A stretch of 64,000 nt of DNA from Patescibacteria group bacterium (GTDB taxonomy: Bacteria; Patescibacteriota; Patescibacteriia; JAHIZJ01): NCBI GenBank assembly GCA_041650335.1, contig JBAZLK010000003.1, positions 57,765 through 121,764 of the forward strand, read 5' to 3'. The notes beneath the pieces were generated by a model that saw only the letters and a list, made by a program, of their open reading frames with translations, had not been told where the DNA came from and searched no databases. Shown piece after piece: positions 8,480-16,830 of this stretch (the stretch's first letter is position 1; the number at the start of each line of letters is the position of its first letter). The position numbers and the translations under genes are program-made.

Positions 8480-8542
8480 CCTTATTTTGGCATATCGGGA
8501 AATAAAAAAACCGGTTGGTTTAACTAACGGGAAGTTATAATA

Positions 8543-9355
8543 TTATCTTCCATTTACGAACCGCAGAATGTCCGGCATCTTCACTCGAGCCGCCTTTTCA
8601 CCGGCGACAATGTGCTTCTTGACCGTCTTCGGATCAAAGAAATCATTGAAACCAACAAATGTCTCGCTGTGCGTTTGCGGTTCAATCACAATATCCGAGT
8701 CAAGGATTGTCTGATGGGCAAAATTATGACGGATAATGGTCAGGGCGCGATAGGTTACGTCAGTGATGCTCTTCTTCGACAGGCGTTTTAATCCGATCTC
8801 CGTTTCCAAACTGACCGAAATAACTTTATCGGCGCCAAGAAATCGGACGACATCATCTGGCACCGGGTTCGTCAATCCGCCGTCGGCCAGAAACCAGTTG
8901 TCGTAGGGAATCGGCGAAAAAACCGGGGTGGCGGAAATACTGGCATGAACCGCCTTAACCACGTCGCCCTCGTTAAGATGAACTTCCTTGCCAGTATGGA
9001 GGTCGGTCGCGACCACGGTCAGTGGAATTTTCAGATCGGAAAACTGAAGATAGCCGAGATGAGCGCGTAAAAACTTCTCGATTTTATTGCCGGCCATGAA
9101 GCCGCCTTTCCAGGTCGGGTCGATGAGCGCCAGCCATTGTTTCAGATTGCTGTGTTCCAACGCGAACGCTTCGATCTTCCGGCTGTCGCCCCAGGCCGCG
9201 TACAAGGCGCCGATCAACGCGCCGATACTCGTGCCCGCCATAAGATCGATCGGAACATGATTGTCTTCGAGTGTTTTCAGAACACCGATGTGCGTCAGCC
9301 CGCGCACCCCGCCGGAGCCAAGCGCTAGACCAATTTTTCTTTTTTTCATTATCAT
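8543..9355 (-). CDS. patatin-like phospholipase (RssA/NTE family)
   Basis: LALGSGGVRG, GTSIG nucleophile elbow, DGG motif. Confidence 0.95.
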   Translation of the reverse strand: MIMKKRKIGLALGSGGVRGLTHIGVLKTLEDNHVPIDLMAGTSIGALIGALYAAWGDSRKIEAFALEHSNLKQWLALIDPTWKGGFMAGNKIEKFLRAHLGYLQFSDLKIPLTVVATDLHTGKEVHLNEGDVVKAVHASISATPVFSPIPYDNWFLADGGLTNPVPDDVVRFLGADKVISVSLETEIGLKRLSKKSITDVTYRALTIIRHNFAHQTILDSDIVIEPQTHSETFVGFNDFFDPKTVKKHIVAGEKAARVKMPDILRFVNGR

Positions 9356-9415
9356 CTCGCTAACAATATTTTACGAATAATTATCTGCGTACCGTCGAAT
9401 CATGAAGCGCCTGTA

Positions 9416-9946
9416 TTATAGACGGCCAACTGATGAAATAATATAGATGCCAATTACGTTTGCCAAAAAAGATATGATGATAAATTTTTTGGCCGAGATC
9501 TTCGTGAAACTGAGTAAACCAGAGGCTAACTCATCCGGCAGCGGCGATGCGAGAATCGCCAGTCCAGATAGTGTTAATAGCCAGCTCGGCAATTTTTTAC
9601 TATCCGACAGGCGCGAGCGTAGAGCTTCAAGCAGGCCCTGGCGGGATTGCGTGCGCAATATGACAAACACGGTAACATCGTATACCGCCGCGCCCAGTCC
9701 GCCGATCAGCGCCACCAGCAGCGAGCTGATAGACGCTGGCATATTCAAGAAAACGACCGTCGCCATGCTCGAGGTAAAGGCCAGAGCATAAAGGACGCCG
9801 GCAAAAAAAGCGCCCATCAGACCCGACTGGTCAATTCGGCCGATGTATTGACGGACGGCCGGAAACTGGATGGCGATTACCGTAATGATAAGACCGGTGA
9901 CGAATATGGAAACCGATACCAGAGTACGGACGTTTTTGATATGCAT
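9416..9946 (-). CDS. multi-pass membrane protein
   Basis: About five hydrophobic segments; ILASPLPDEL motif (VTT/DedA-like). Confidence 0.75.
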   Translation of the reverse strand: MHIKNVRTLVSVSIFVTGLIITVIAIQFPAVRQYIGRIDQSGLMGAFFAGVLYALAFTSSMATVVFLNMPASISSLLVALIGGLGAAVYDVTVFVILRTQSRQGLLEALRSRLSDSKKLPSWLLTLSGLAILASPLPDELASGLLSFTKISAKKFIIISFLANVIGIYIISSVGRL

Positions 9947-10019
9947 TGTGATGATGGTTCTGCTCTTGCCTACAGTATACTGTGTTCCGAACGATAATAA
10001 AAATTTCCGCTAGGTATTT

Positions 10020-10769
10020 TCACTGTGCCGCTATTTTTTTTACCGCCTCAATCAGCATGCTTTCCAAGGGTATGCCTTGATACTGTTCTTTGCTGATTTT
10101 TTTATTTTCCGATATGATCGAAACAGCCAAACCAGCTTTTTTTATTATATCCAAATAGGCATCTTTCAGAACCGCCCCCGCCACGCAGCCGGCGATCAGC
10201 GCCTCGTTTTTTCTTTGCTCAGGCGTCAGTTCGGCCAAGAGCACAATATCGGATACATACATCCGGCCGCCCGGCTTCAGCACTCGTTTCGCCTCCTGAA
10301 AAACTTTCAATTTATCCGGCGCCAGATTGATCACACAGTTTGAAATAATAATATCGGCTGAATTATCCGCGAGCGGAAGGTTTTCAATATCACCCAAGAT
10401 AAAATCAACGTTTCGAAAGTCCATTTTCAAGGCGTTGGTTTTTGCCTTGACGATCATTTCCTCGGTGAAATCAACTCCGATGACTTTGCCGGTTGGACCG
10501 ATACGCTTGGCCGCCAGAAAACAATCGATGCCCGCCCCGCTCCCGAGATCAACGACGACGTCACCCGGCCTCATCTTTCCAAACGCGACCGGGTTGCCAC
10601 ACCCCAAGCCGAGATCAGCCTCACCCACCTGCGCCAGGTCCTGTTCCGAGTAGCCGATATTTTTCGAAACGGTGTTTTGTCCGGCGCACGAACAACCGCA
10701 GGTTTTCATCGGCGTCCGGGCGATTTCGGAATATTTGTCTTTCACAATTTGCTTTGTGTTTTGAACCAT
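10020..10769 (-). CDS. arsM: arsenite S-adenosylmethionine methyltransferase
   Basis: Cys-rich N-terminus, LGLGCGNP, VDLGSGAGIDCFLAA, IISNCVINL, GCVAGA. Confidence 0.9.
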   Translation of the reverse strand: MVQNTKQIVKDKYSEIARTPMKTCGCSCAGQNTVSKNIGYSEQDLAQVGEADLGLGCGNPVAFGKMRPGDVVVDLGSGAGIDCFLAAKRIGPTGKVIGVDFTEEMIVKAKTNALKMDFRNVDFILGDIENLPLADNSADIIISNCVINLAPDKLKVFQEAKRVLKPGGRMYVSDIVLLAELTPEQRKNEALIAGCVAGAVLKDAYLDIIKKAGLAVSIISENKKISKEQYQGIPLESMLIEAVKKIAAQ

Positions 10770-10783
10770 AGATATTAATAACG

Positions 10784-10954
10784 TTATAACTCAATGCTTT
10801 TACGCTTATTCTTCAACTTTTTAACTTTGTTTTTTGACAAGTACGTCCAGCCTAAAACGCCAACGGCTGTTTCCACGGCCTCTTTCTCTTCAGTACTAAG
10901 CGTCTGCTTTTTTAACATGCTGATCAATACTGCGGCCGCTTCTTTATGGTCCAT
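10784..10954 (-). CDS. 56-aa hypothetical protein, absent from the ORF track
   Basis: MDHKEAAAVLISMLKKQTLSTEEKEAVETAVGVLGWTYLSKNKVKKLKNKRKSIEL; fills the gap between tRNA-His and arsM on the same strand. Confidence 0.65.
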   Translation of the reverse strand: MDHKEAAAVLISMLKKQTLSTEEKEAVETAVGVLGWTYLSKNKVKKLKNKRKSIEL

Positions 10955-11014
10955 AGGCTTATCATAACAAAAACCGCCCTAGTTGGCGATTTCTTAGTTA
11001 CGATGATTATCGTC

Positions 11015-11091
11015 TGGGGTGGCCAGTGGGACTTGCACCCACAACCGCCGGTTCCACAGACCGGTGCTCTACTAATTGAGCTATGGCCACC
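11015..11091 (-). tRNA. tRNA-His (anticodon GTG)
   Basis: G-1 plus GTGGCCA/TGGCCAC acceptor stem, C discriminator, CCGGT-CTGTGGA-ACCGG anticodon arm, encoded CCA; T-loop TGCAAGT. Confidence 0.95.
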
Positions 11092-11238
11092 ATAACAAAA
11101 TTCTCCTGGATTATAGCGTGTTTTTACTTATTTTGCAAGGCCCAAAAAGACGTACAATTAATGTTCTTGACAGCCCCGCTCAATCTCACTAAACTACGGG
11201 CAACACAGGTCCTTGGCCTATTCACAAAGGGGGTAAGC

Positions 11239-11889
11239 GTGGCCGTGGAAAAGACACAAAAACGGTATCTTTCACATGTCGAGTTTCTCCGGCTGGCTGA
11301 CAAGGTAGCGGTCATGCTCCGCCGGCGAAGGTTTGACCACTGCCTGCTTGTTTCCCGCGGAGGACTCTCGCCGGGAGGGTACTTGGCCAAGTGCGTGCCG
11401 TTCTACGACATCTTGGTCGCTTCCATCATGTGGTACAAGAAGGGGCGCAAACTCGCACGGCCGGTCATACTCCAGTTTCCGCCCGAGACCCTGCTCAACG
11501 GCCGTCGCATCCTGATCATTGATGACGTGTGGGATAGCGGCGATACGCTCGATCTTGTCCTGCACATGTGCGTCCGGGCCGGAGCCAAGGTCAGAATTGC
11601 CACCCTTCACTACAAACCCAGGAAGTCCACGCATCCAGGTCGGCCTGATTTCTTCGCCGAGGAAACGGAGGAGTGGATTGTCTATCCCTGGGAGGTGGTT
11701 TGGACAGTCCACATCGAGAAATCAGGCGTGAGACGAGGGACGTTCGTTCATGAATTCGACTGCAAGCCGAGAGCGGGCAAAAAAGTCGTTTTCGACCGGC
11801 CGCCCCACAGGAAGACAGTTGCGCGCACATTCGTTTTCACCAGCGTTGATTTCGATACGCATGTCGCGGTTCTTTCTCCGGTTTCATGA
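11239..11889 (+). CDS. type I phosphoribosyltransferase (xanthine/guanine PRT-like) with an extra C-terminal domain
   Basis: VSRGGL, ILIIDDVWDSGDTL PRPP motif, WIVYPWE; GTG start after AAGGGGGT; promoter TTGACA-N17-TAAACT at 11167. Confidence 0.85.
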   Translation: MAVEKTQKRYLSHVEFLRLADKVAVMLRRRRFDHCLLVSRGGLSPGGYLAKCVPFYDILVASIMWYKKGRKLARPVILQFPPETLLNGRRILIIDDVWDSGDTLDLVLHMCVRAGAKVRIATLHYKPRKSTHPGRPDFFAEETEEWIVYPWEVVWTVHIEKSGVRRGTFVHEFDCKPRAGKKVVFDRPPHRKTVARTFVFTSVDFDTHVAVLSPVS

Positions 11890-12005
11890 TCCCAGCGGTC
11901 ATCAAGCTGGGTCAATCTGAGCATGACGGCCCGCCGGACTTCTGTGCGGAGGAGACGAACGGCTGGATCGTCTATCCTTGGGAATTGCGGGAACATCAGT
12001 CGTAA
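11886..12005 (+). pseudogene. duplicated C-terminal fragment of the PRT
   Basis: MIPAVIKLGQSEHDGPPDFCAEETNGWIVYPWELREHQS matches KPRKSTHPGRPDFFAEETEEWIVYPWE of the upstream gene. Confidence 0.7.
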
Positions 12006-12020
12006 AGGAGGAAACGCGGT

Positions 12021-12233
12021 ATGAAATCGCCCTGGAAAGTATTTATCGAGCGCAAAGGCGTCAACCGGTGTACATTCGACCATGTCTTCGAACCGGATCC
12101 GGTCGCCGGCGGCTAGATCAACTTCGACCAGCCCCCGCTTCTCGACCAGCCGGTTGGCCAGTACGAGATCCTGATGGTCGATAGCGTCCTCCGCATGGTG
12201 ATCATCAGGCCGAAGGATGACCTGGCTCATTGA
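12021..12233 (+). pseudogene. small gene homologous to the PRT C-terminal extra domain, with an in-frame TAG at 12114
   Basis: AAGGAGG SD; MKSPWKVFIERKGVNRCTFDHVFEPDPVAGG*INFDQPP aligns with WTVHIEKSGVRRGTFVHEFDCKPRAGKKVVFDRPP across the stop. Confidence 0.65.
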
Positions 12234-12238
12234 CGGTA

Positions 12239-12268
12239 CCACCCATCCACCATGGGTGGCTTTTTTGT
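12239..12268 (+). terminator. intrinsic terminator
   Basis: CCACCCAT-CCACC-ATGGGTGG then CTTTTTT. Confidence 0.75.
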
Positions 12269-12295
12269 GGGAGCAAAGAAAAAGCCCGCCGTTTT

Positions 12296-12532
12296 TCAAA
12301 CGACGGACGGCTCGGCCTCGCCCAGGATATCAACGGTGATTTCCTTGCGAGAACCCGTGTTCACAATGCCGACGACGCGACAGCTGTATCGCTGCCAACC
12401 GCCGGCCTTAAGCCGAAAGTTGAGAATCTGCGTTTCGTCCCCACGCGGCGCATGACAGAACTCAGCCGTGGTTTGGCTCTCAGCCAATAGTTCGGAACCG
12501 GCTTGAACGTGCACTGCCCAGAGCGCGCTCAT
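12296..12532 (-). CDS. hypothetical protein (78 aa)
   Basis: AGAAGGAGGT SD before the ATG; MSALWAVHVQAGS...; convergent terminator region. Confidence 0.6.
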   Translation of the reverse strand: MSALWAVHVQAGSELLAESQTTAEFCHAPRGDETQILNFRLKAGGWQRYSCRVVGIVNTGSRKEITVDILGEAEPSVV

Positions 12533-12729
12533 GGACACACCTCCTTCTCCGGCTGAAGACCGCACGTCAACTCTCGCTCCCCGTCAACACAGCCCATCTT
12601 CTTATATTGTAGCACGATATTGCCATGAACATAATACGCTCATGAAAGCGACTGGACATTGTCTGAATAGCGGCATTATATTATGATGAATAGGAGAGGG
12701 TTTTCCTTTGTCAGAGCCGATTTACATCC

Positions 12730-13323
12730 ATGCGACGCACCGATACATATCGCCATAGCGGTTTTACTTTGATCGAGCTTTTAATTGTCATTGCCATCAT
12801 CGGCTTGATTACCAGTCTGGCGTTAATTTCCCTGCGTGGCGCGCAACAGAAAGCACGAGATACAAAGCGCCTCTATGATTTAAAAATGGTCAGAGAAGCG
12901 CTGGCGCTTTTTGAATCAGATAAAGGCCATAGCCTCACTCCGTGGCTAGACTTTCCTCAACAAATCGACTATTTCCTAGATGGATTTGGCGTCTTAGACG
13001 TTTCGTCAGAATGCGCTCTGAACCCAAGTGATTATTGTTTCCTGCCAATATTGAGAGAGTATTTTAAAACAGACGTTCCGGTCGATCCAATCAATAACAG
13101 CACATATCAATACGGCTATCTTTTTGACGATAACGGCTGTGTTTGCGCCAGGCCGGGCCAGCCCGGTTGTGATCCAGAACGGGCTAAAATGACGTACCTA
13201 TACGCTTCCCGTCTAGAAAAAACAACTACCGATCACGGCGAAGATCCGCAGTGCGCGGGTGGAGACGGCGCGCGTCTTAACGATGCCTATCAGAACGGCT
13301 TTGTCATCGTGGTCCGGCTCTAG
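12730..13323 (+). CDS. type IV pilin-like / GspG-like protein
   Basis: GFTLIELLIVIAIIGLI class III signal, ARDTKRLYDL, PVDPINN. Confidence 0.92.
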   Translation: MRRTDTYRHSGFTLIELLIVIAIIGLITSLALISLRGAQQKARDTKRLYDLKMVREALALFESDKGHSLTPWLDFPQQIDYFLDGFGVLDVSSECALNPSDYCFLPILREYFKTDVPVDPINNSTYQYGYLFDDNGCVCARPGQPGCDPERAKMTYLYASRLEKTTTDHGEDPQCAGGDGARLNDAYQNGFVIVVRL

Positions 13324-13365
13324 CCCGAAATATTTATCAAAAGAATTATTACTTAGCATGCGACG

Positions 13366-13950
13366 ATGTCCATGGCTCGCGTCGACATTCATCGTCACAC
13401 CGGCTTCACTCTGATTGAACTTTTGGTGGTTATCGCCATCATCGGCTTGATTACCAGTCTGGCCCTGGTCAGTCTGCGCGGCGTCCAACAAAAGGCGCGC
13501 GACACGAGACGCCTGTATGACCTGAAACTCATCAGGGAGGCCGTGATCCGGTTTCAGCTCGATCGGGGCTACAATCCAACCCCCGGCTACGATGATTTCC
13601 AGGAAGATGAGGGCGGTATGGTTGGTGGTGCCGGGATGGACCATTCATCTCAGGATGGGTTTATGCCCATGCTGAAGGAGTATTTTAATACCGACACCCC
13701 AGTCGACCCGATCAACAACTTTTCTGGAGGCTACTTACGTGAATACCTGTACCTCGTCGACACGAGCGGTTGCTATTGCCCGACGCCGCCGATGACACCG
13801 CCGAACTGCGATCCGACGCGAGCGGGGATATCCTATCTCTTCATAATCCATCCTGAGAGAACCATGACCGACCACGGCGACGATCCGCACTGCTCGCTCT
13901 ATGGTGCATATCAGAATGGCTACGTCTTTGTTATCCCTCCACTGCGTTAG
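13366..13950 (+). CDS. type IV pilin-like / GspG-like protein (paralog of the previous gene)
   Basis: GFTLIELLVVIAIIGLI, ARDTRRLYDL, PVDPINN, shared Cys pattern and TDHG.DP.C...AYQNG. Confidence 0.92.
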   Translation: MSMARVDIHRHTGFTLIELLVVIAIIGLITSLALVSLRGVQQKARDTRRLYDLKLIREAVIRFQLDRGYNPTPGYDDFQEDEGGMVGGAGMDHSSQDGFMPMLKEYFNTDTPVDPINNFSGGYLREYLYLVDTSGCYCPTPPMTPPNCDPTRAGISYLFIIHPERTMTDHGDDPHCSLYGAYQNGYVFVIPPLR

Positions 13951-13961
13951 GATTCAGTGGC

Positions 13962-13990
13962 TTGTCACATGATTCATTAAATTGTATAAT
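13962..13990 (+). promoter_or_regulatory. sigma70-type promoter
   Basis: TTGTCA-N17-TATAAT with TG extension, ahead of 14022. Confidence 0.6.
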
Positions 13991-14021
13991 ATGATATATT
14001 ACAATTTTTTTTAATACAAAC

Positions 14022-14813
14022 ATGGCTAAAAAAACTCCCTCGGCTAAAAAGCTTCCGGCTCAACCGCAAACGAAAGCTCAAATCAAGACAACTGCTCCCG
14101 CCAAGACACAGACGCCGGCCAAGCAAACCAACAAGTCGGCTGCGCCGATGAAGGCCAAGGCGCCGACCCGGCCGGTCAAGATTAATTCCTATCTTATTTG
14201 GGCGATTATCATCATCACGGCCGTACTCGCCTACACGATGATTTGGGTTTCATATTGGTACAAAAGTGGTCTCGATGAGCTCACTTCGTCAAGCGTCATC
14301 ATCAATCATAACAGTAATACAAATACCACCACAAACGCGAATGCGAATGTCAACGGAGCGATCGTCCCGCCGACAACCGCGTGGAGTACGTATGAGAACA
14401 CCCAGTACGGCTATACCATAAAATATCCGAATACCTGGGCCGATGAAAACACCTCGATCGCCAACCCGGCCATGTTCGCCGATCCCGTGGCAATCGCTCA
14501 GGAAACGGACACGGAGCTCCTCCAAGGCACAAAGGTAGAAATCTATGTGGAAAACAGTAGTGCGTCAAACGTCGCCGCAGCCGTGCTCGCAAAAGACACT
14601 GAATGGACGGTGCTCCAGGAAACACAAACGGTTGTCGACAGCATAGCGGCGGTCCGCCGTCAGGTCCAAGCACTCAGTTTCACAAACGTCACCTATATCC
14701 TCAAGAACAACAAACTCTATAGCATTATCCAATATATTCCAAAACTGGCCGACCGAGGGATGTACACCGCGATCTACGGACAGATTCTGGCAAATTTTTC
14801 TTTCACCCAGTAA
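14022..14813 (+). CDS. membrane-anchored protein with an Asn/Thr linker and PsbP-like C-terminal domain
   Basis: Lys/Ala/Pro-rich N-terminus, TM helix, NSNTNTTTNAN linker, WSTYENTQYGYTIKYPNTW...QILANFSF. Confidence 0.7.
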   Translation: MAKKTPSAKKLPAQPQTKAQIKTTAPAKTQTPAKQTNKSAAPMKAKAPTRPVKINSYLIWAIIIITAVLAYTMIWVSYWYKSGLDELTSSSVIINHNSNTNTTTNANANVNGAIVPPTTAWSTYENTQYGYTIKYPNTWADENTSIANPAMFADPVAIAQETDTELLQGTKVEIYVENSSASNVAAAVLAKDTEWTVLQETQTVVDSIAAVRRQVQALSFTNVTYILKNNKLYSIIQYIPKLADRGMYTAIYGQILANFSFTQ

Positions 14814-14825
14814 TAATAGATAAAG

Positions 14826-14856
14826 AAACCGCCAGAGGAATCCGGCGGTTTTTTTA
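14826..14856. terminator. bidirectional intrinsic terminator
   Basis: AAACCGCC...GGCGGTTT with A/T runs, between convergent genes. Confidence 0.75.
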
Positions 14857-14890
14857 TTATGTCGAATTATGAAAAATGGAATGTCTGTTT

Positions 14891-15307
14891 CTAGGCCTTT
14901 TTATTTAATTGGTCGCGCACGGTCATTATGCACGACCCATCGGCGACAATATCCATCCCGAGTTTCAGCGCCTTATCGCGGATATCTTGGCTCTCCGCGC
15001 CGGGCTGGAACCAAAGCTTGGCCACGTGGGCAAAATTGGCGTCATCGAGCACAGCTCCGCCTTCATCCGGTGAAACCACCACAATCGCAACATCAACTCC
15101 ACCCGGCACATCCTGAAGCCGATGGTAGACCGGGACACTGACGATTTTCGTGACTTTGGAGTTTGGGTTTACGCCAACAACTTTATGGCCGGCGTTGAAA
15201 AAATCGACCAGGACGCGATACCCGTATTTCTCTTGGTGGGTGCTAGCGCCGACGACAGCATATCGATATTTTTCATTTATAAACCTTTTTGCTCGTTCAG
15301 GGTCCAT
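14891..15307 (-). CDS. CoA-binding protein (YccU-like)
   Basis: YAVVGAS...KYG, VNP, VDVAIVVV, LWFQPGAES, CIM. Confidence 0.9.
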   Translation of the reverse strand: MDPERAKRFINEKYRYAVVGASTHQEKYGYRVLVDFFNAGHKVVGVNPNSKVTKIVSVPVYHRLQDVPGGVDVAIVVVSPDEGGAVLDDANFAHVAKLWFQPGAESQDIRDKALKLGMDIVADGSCIMTVRDQLNKKA

Positions 15308-15477
15308 ATATTGTAGTATACAGAAAATAATTACATCTGTTAACAATCGACCCGGCGATAAGGAGGCGATGAAAATTAAGGAGGCTTTTTATTGACAACC
15401 GCGACAATTTCTCTTAAGATAGCGCCGTTGCTGACTATCGCTTGGTGATGTTATGGACACTTTTCAAGGGAGGTGGC

Positions 15478-16734
15478 ATGCGCCGAATCAGCCCGTACCT
15501 TTTCATCCTCACCTGTCTGTTCGCGGCCCAGCCGGCCCGATCGCAGGAACCACTTAGTCTCCGCTTCATGAGCCAGCACACCCAGCTGGACCGTTACCTC
15601 GGAACGACCGGGGTCGGCCAGATCACCGGACAGGACATCAAACTGTTCGTGGACAATCCACGGCGGACGCGGCTGCTCGCCCTGGAGATCGAGAACTTCG
15701 ACAACGACGTTCCCGACTCGATCGGCCTGGAGCTGCCCGAGAAACGCCGCAACATCGGCGTCTGCCTGCCGCTCACCAACCACTTCGCGTTGCGCTACGT
15801 CCACAACTCGTACGAGTACAACATCTCCAACGACTTCACCACCGAGGGCTACTATCCGTGTTACGATGACACGACCAACAAGATTATGCTGGGCTTCGAG
15901 GAAGACAACGAGCGTTCCTTCCTCGCCTACGGGTATGGACGGCGGCAGCTCGGTGCCTGGCAGCTTTACCTGGCTGCTTCGCAGGAGCGCTATGACAAAG
16001 GGATGCGACAGAAGGAGCGGGTGGTCAACGAGCGTTTGGGTCTCGCGGCCTGCAACAACCTCGCCGGCCTGCAGCTCTTTGCCTCCAGCACGTACAACTT
16101 CGAAACGGAACAGCCAACCTGGTCGGCTGGACTGGCCCGACCTGTCCCGATGGGTTCGCGCCAGCCCGGACTGTACGTTTCCGGCCGACTCAAACCTGAG
16201 GCGACATTCGTCCTGGCGATGTTCACGCTCGGTACGAAGGCCTTCTCCCAAGAGATGACAACCGACCTGCTTGCCTCTTCGGAAGTATCAACCATGCATA
16301 CCAGTCGCATCATTCGCGGCCGGGACTTCGATGTCGCGGGCGGTAGCTCATCGGGTTATAAGGTCCAGGAAATGAGCGATGTCGCCGGCTACCTCACCCT
16401 GGTGGACACCGAGGTGACCAAGACTGCCTCAGTCCGGGAGCTCGAAGCGGCTCTCTACGGTACGTTGTCCTGGTGCATCGGCCGACTGACCAACCCATTC
16501 ATCGGTTTCGCCCACTCGGAATCGCGCGACCTGGTCTACGACCCGGTCCTCCATCGCATGGATGACCCAGGCCAGAGCTGGAACACTGTCCTGCTCGGCG
16601 GAAAGATCGATGTGCTGTCGCGACCCGATCCGCGCGGAGCTAGGAAAACCGGCTACCTGAAACTGGAGTCAAAGCTCCGTTTCAGCCGGCACGGTTTTGA
16701 CGGCCTGTGCCTCGAAGGCACCTTCTGGCTCTAG
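15478..16734 (+). CDS. secreted beta-strand-rich hypothetical protein (possible beta-barrel)
   Basis: GGAGGT SD, Sec signal MRRISPYLFILTCLFAAQPARS, amphipathic strands, aromatic C-terminus LEGTFWL; promoter TTGACA-N17-TAAGAT; terminator at 16738-16771. Confidence 0.65.
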   Translation: MRRISPYLFILTCLFAAQPARSQEPLSLRFMSQHTQLDRYLGTTGVGQITGQDIKLFVDNPRRTRLLALEIENFDNDVPDSIGLELPEKRRNIGVCLPLTNHFALRYVHNSYEYNISNDFTTEGYYPCYDDTTNKIMLGFEEDNERSFLAYGYGRRQLGAWQLYLAASQERYDKGMRQKERVVNERLGLAACNNLAGLQLFASSTYNFETEQPTWSAGLARPVPMGSRQPGLYVSGRLKPEATFVLAMFTLGTKAFSQEMTTDLLASSEVSTMHTSRIIRGRDFDVAGGSSSGYKVQEMSDVAGYLTLVDTEVTKTASVRELEAALYGTLSWCIGRLTNPFIGFAHSESRDLVYDPVLHRMDDPGQSWNTVLLGGKIDVLSRPDPRGARKTGYLKLESKLRFSRHGFDGLCLEGTFWL

Positions 16735-16830
16735 GCCAAACCCGATTCATTCATTGATTCCGGGTTTTTTTCTTTGGTGCTATCTGGTACAATGGAGGTG
16801 TTTCGATACCTTAGCAATTAACTCATTTTT

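Noticed and set aside
11083-11238. N-terminal extension of the PRT ORF in the track
   Set aside because: It overlaps tRNA-His and the promoter; the SD-led GTG at 11239 is the better start.
12114-12116. Genome-wide TAG reassignment or pyrrolysine
   Set aside because: TAG ends well-defined genes here (both pilins, NIF3, ruvB) and no pyl genes are present; TGA is also a normal stop.
15451-16251. 266-aa minus-strand ORF
   Set aside because: Antisense shadow of the GC-rich 15478-16734 gene; no SD or recognisable motif.
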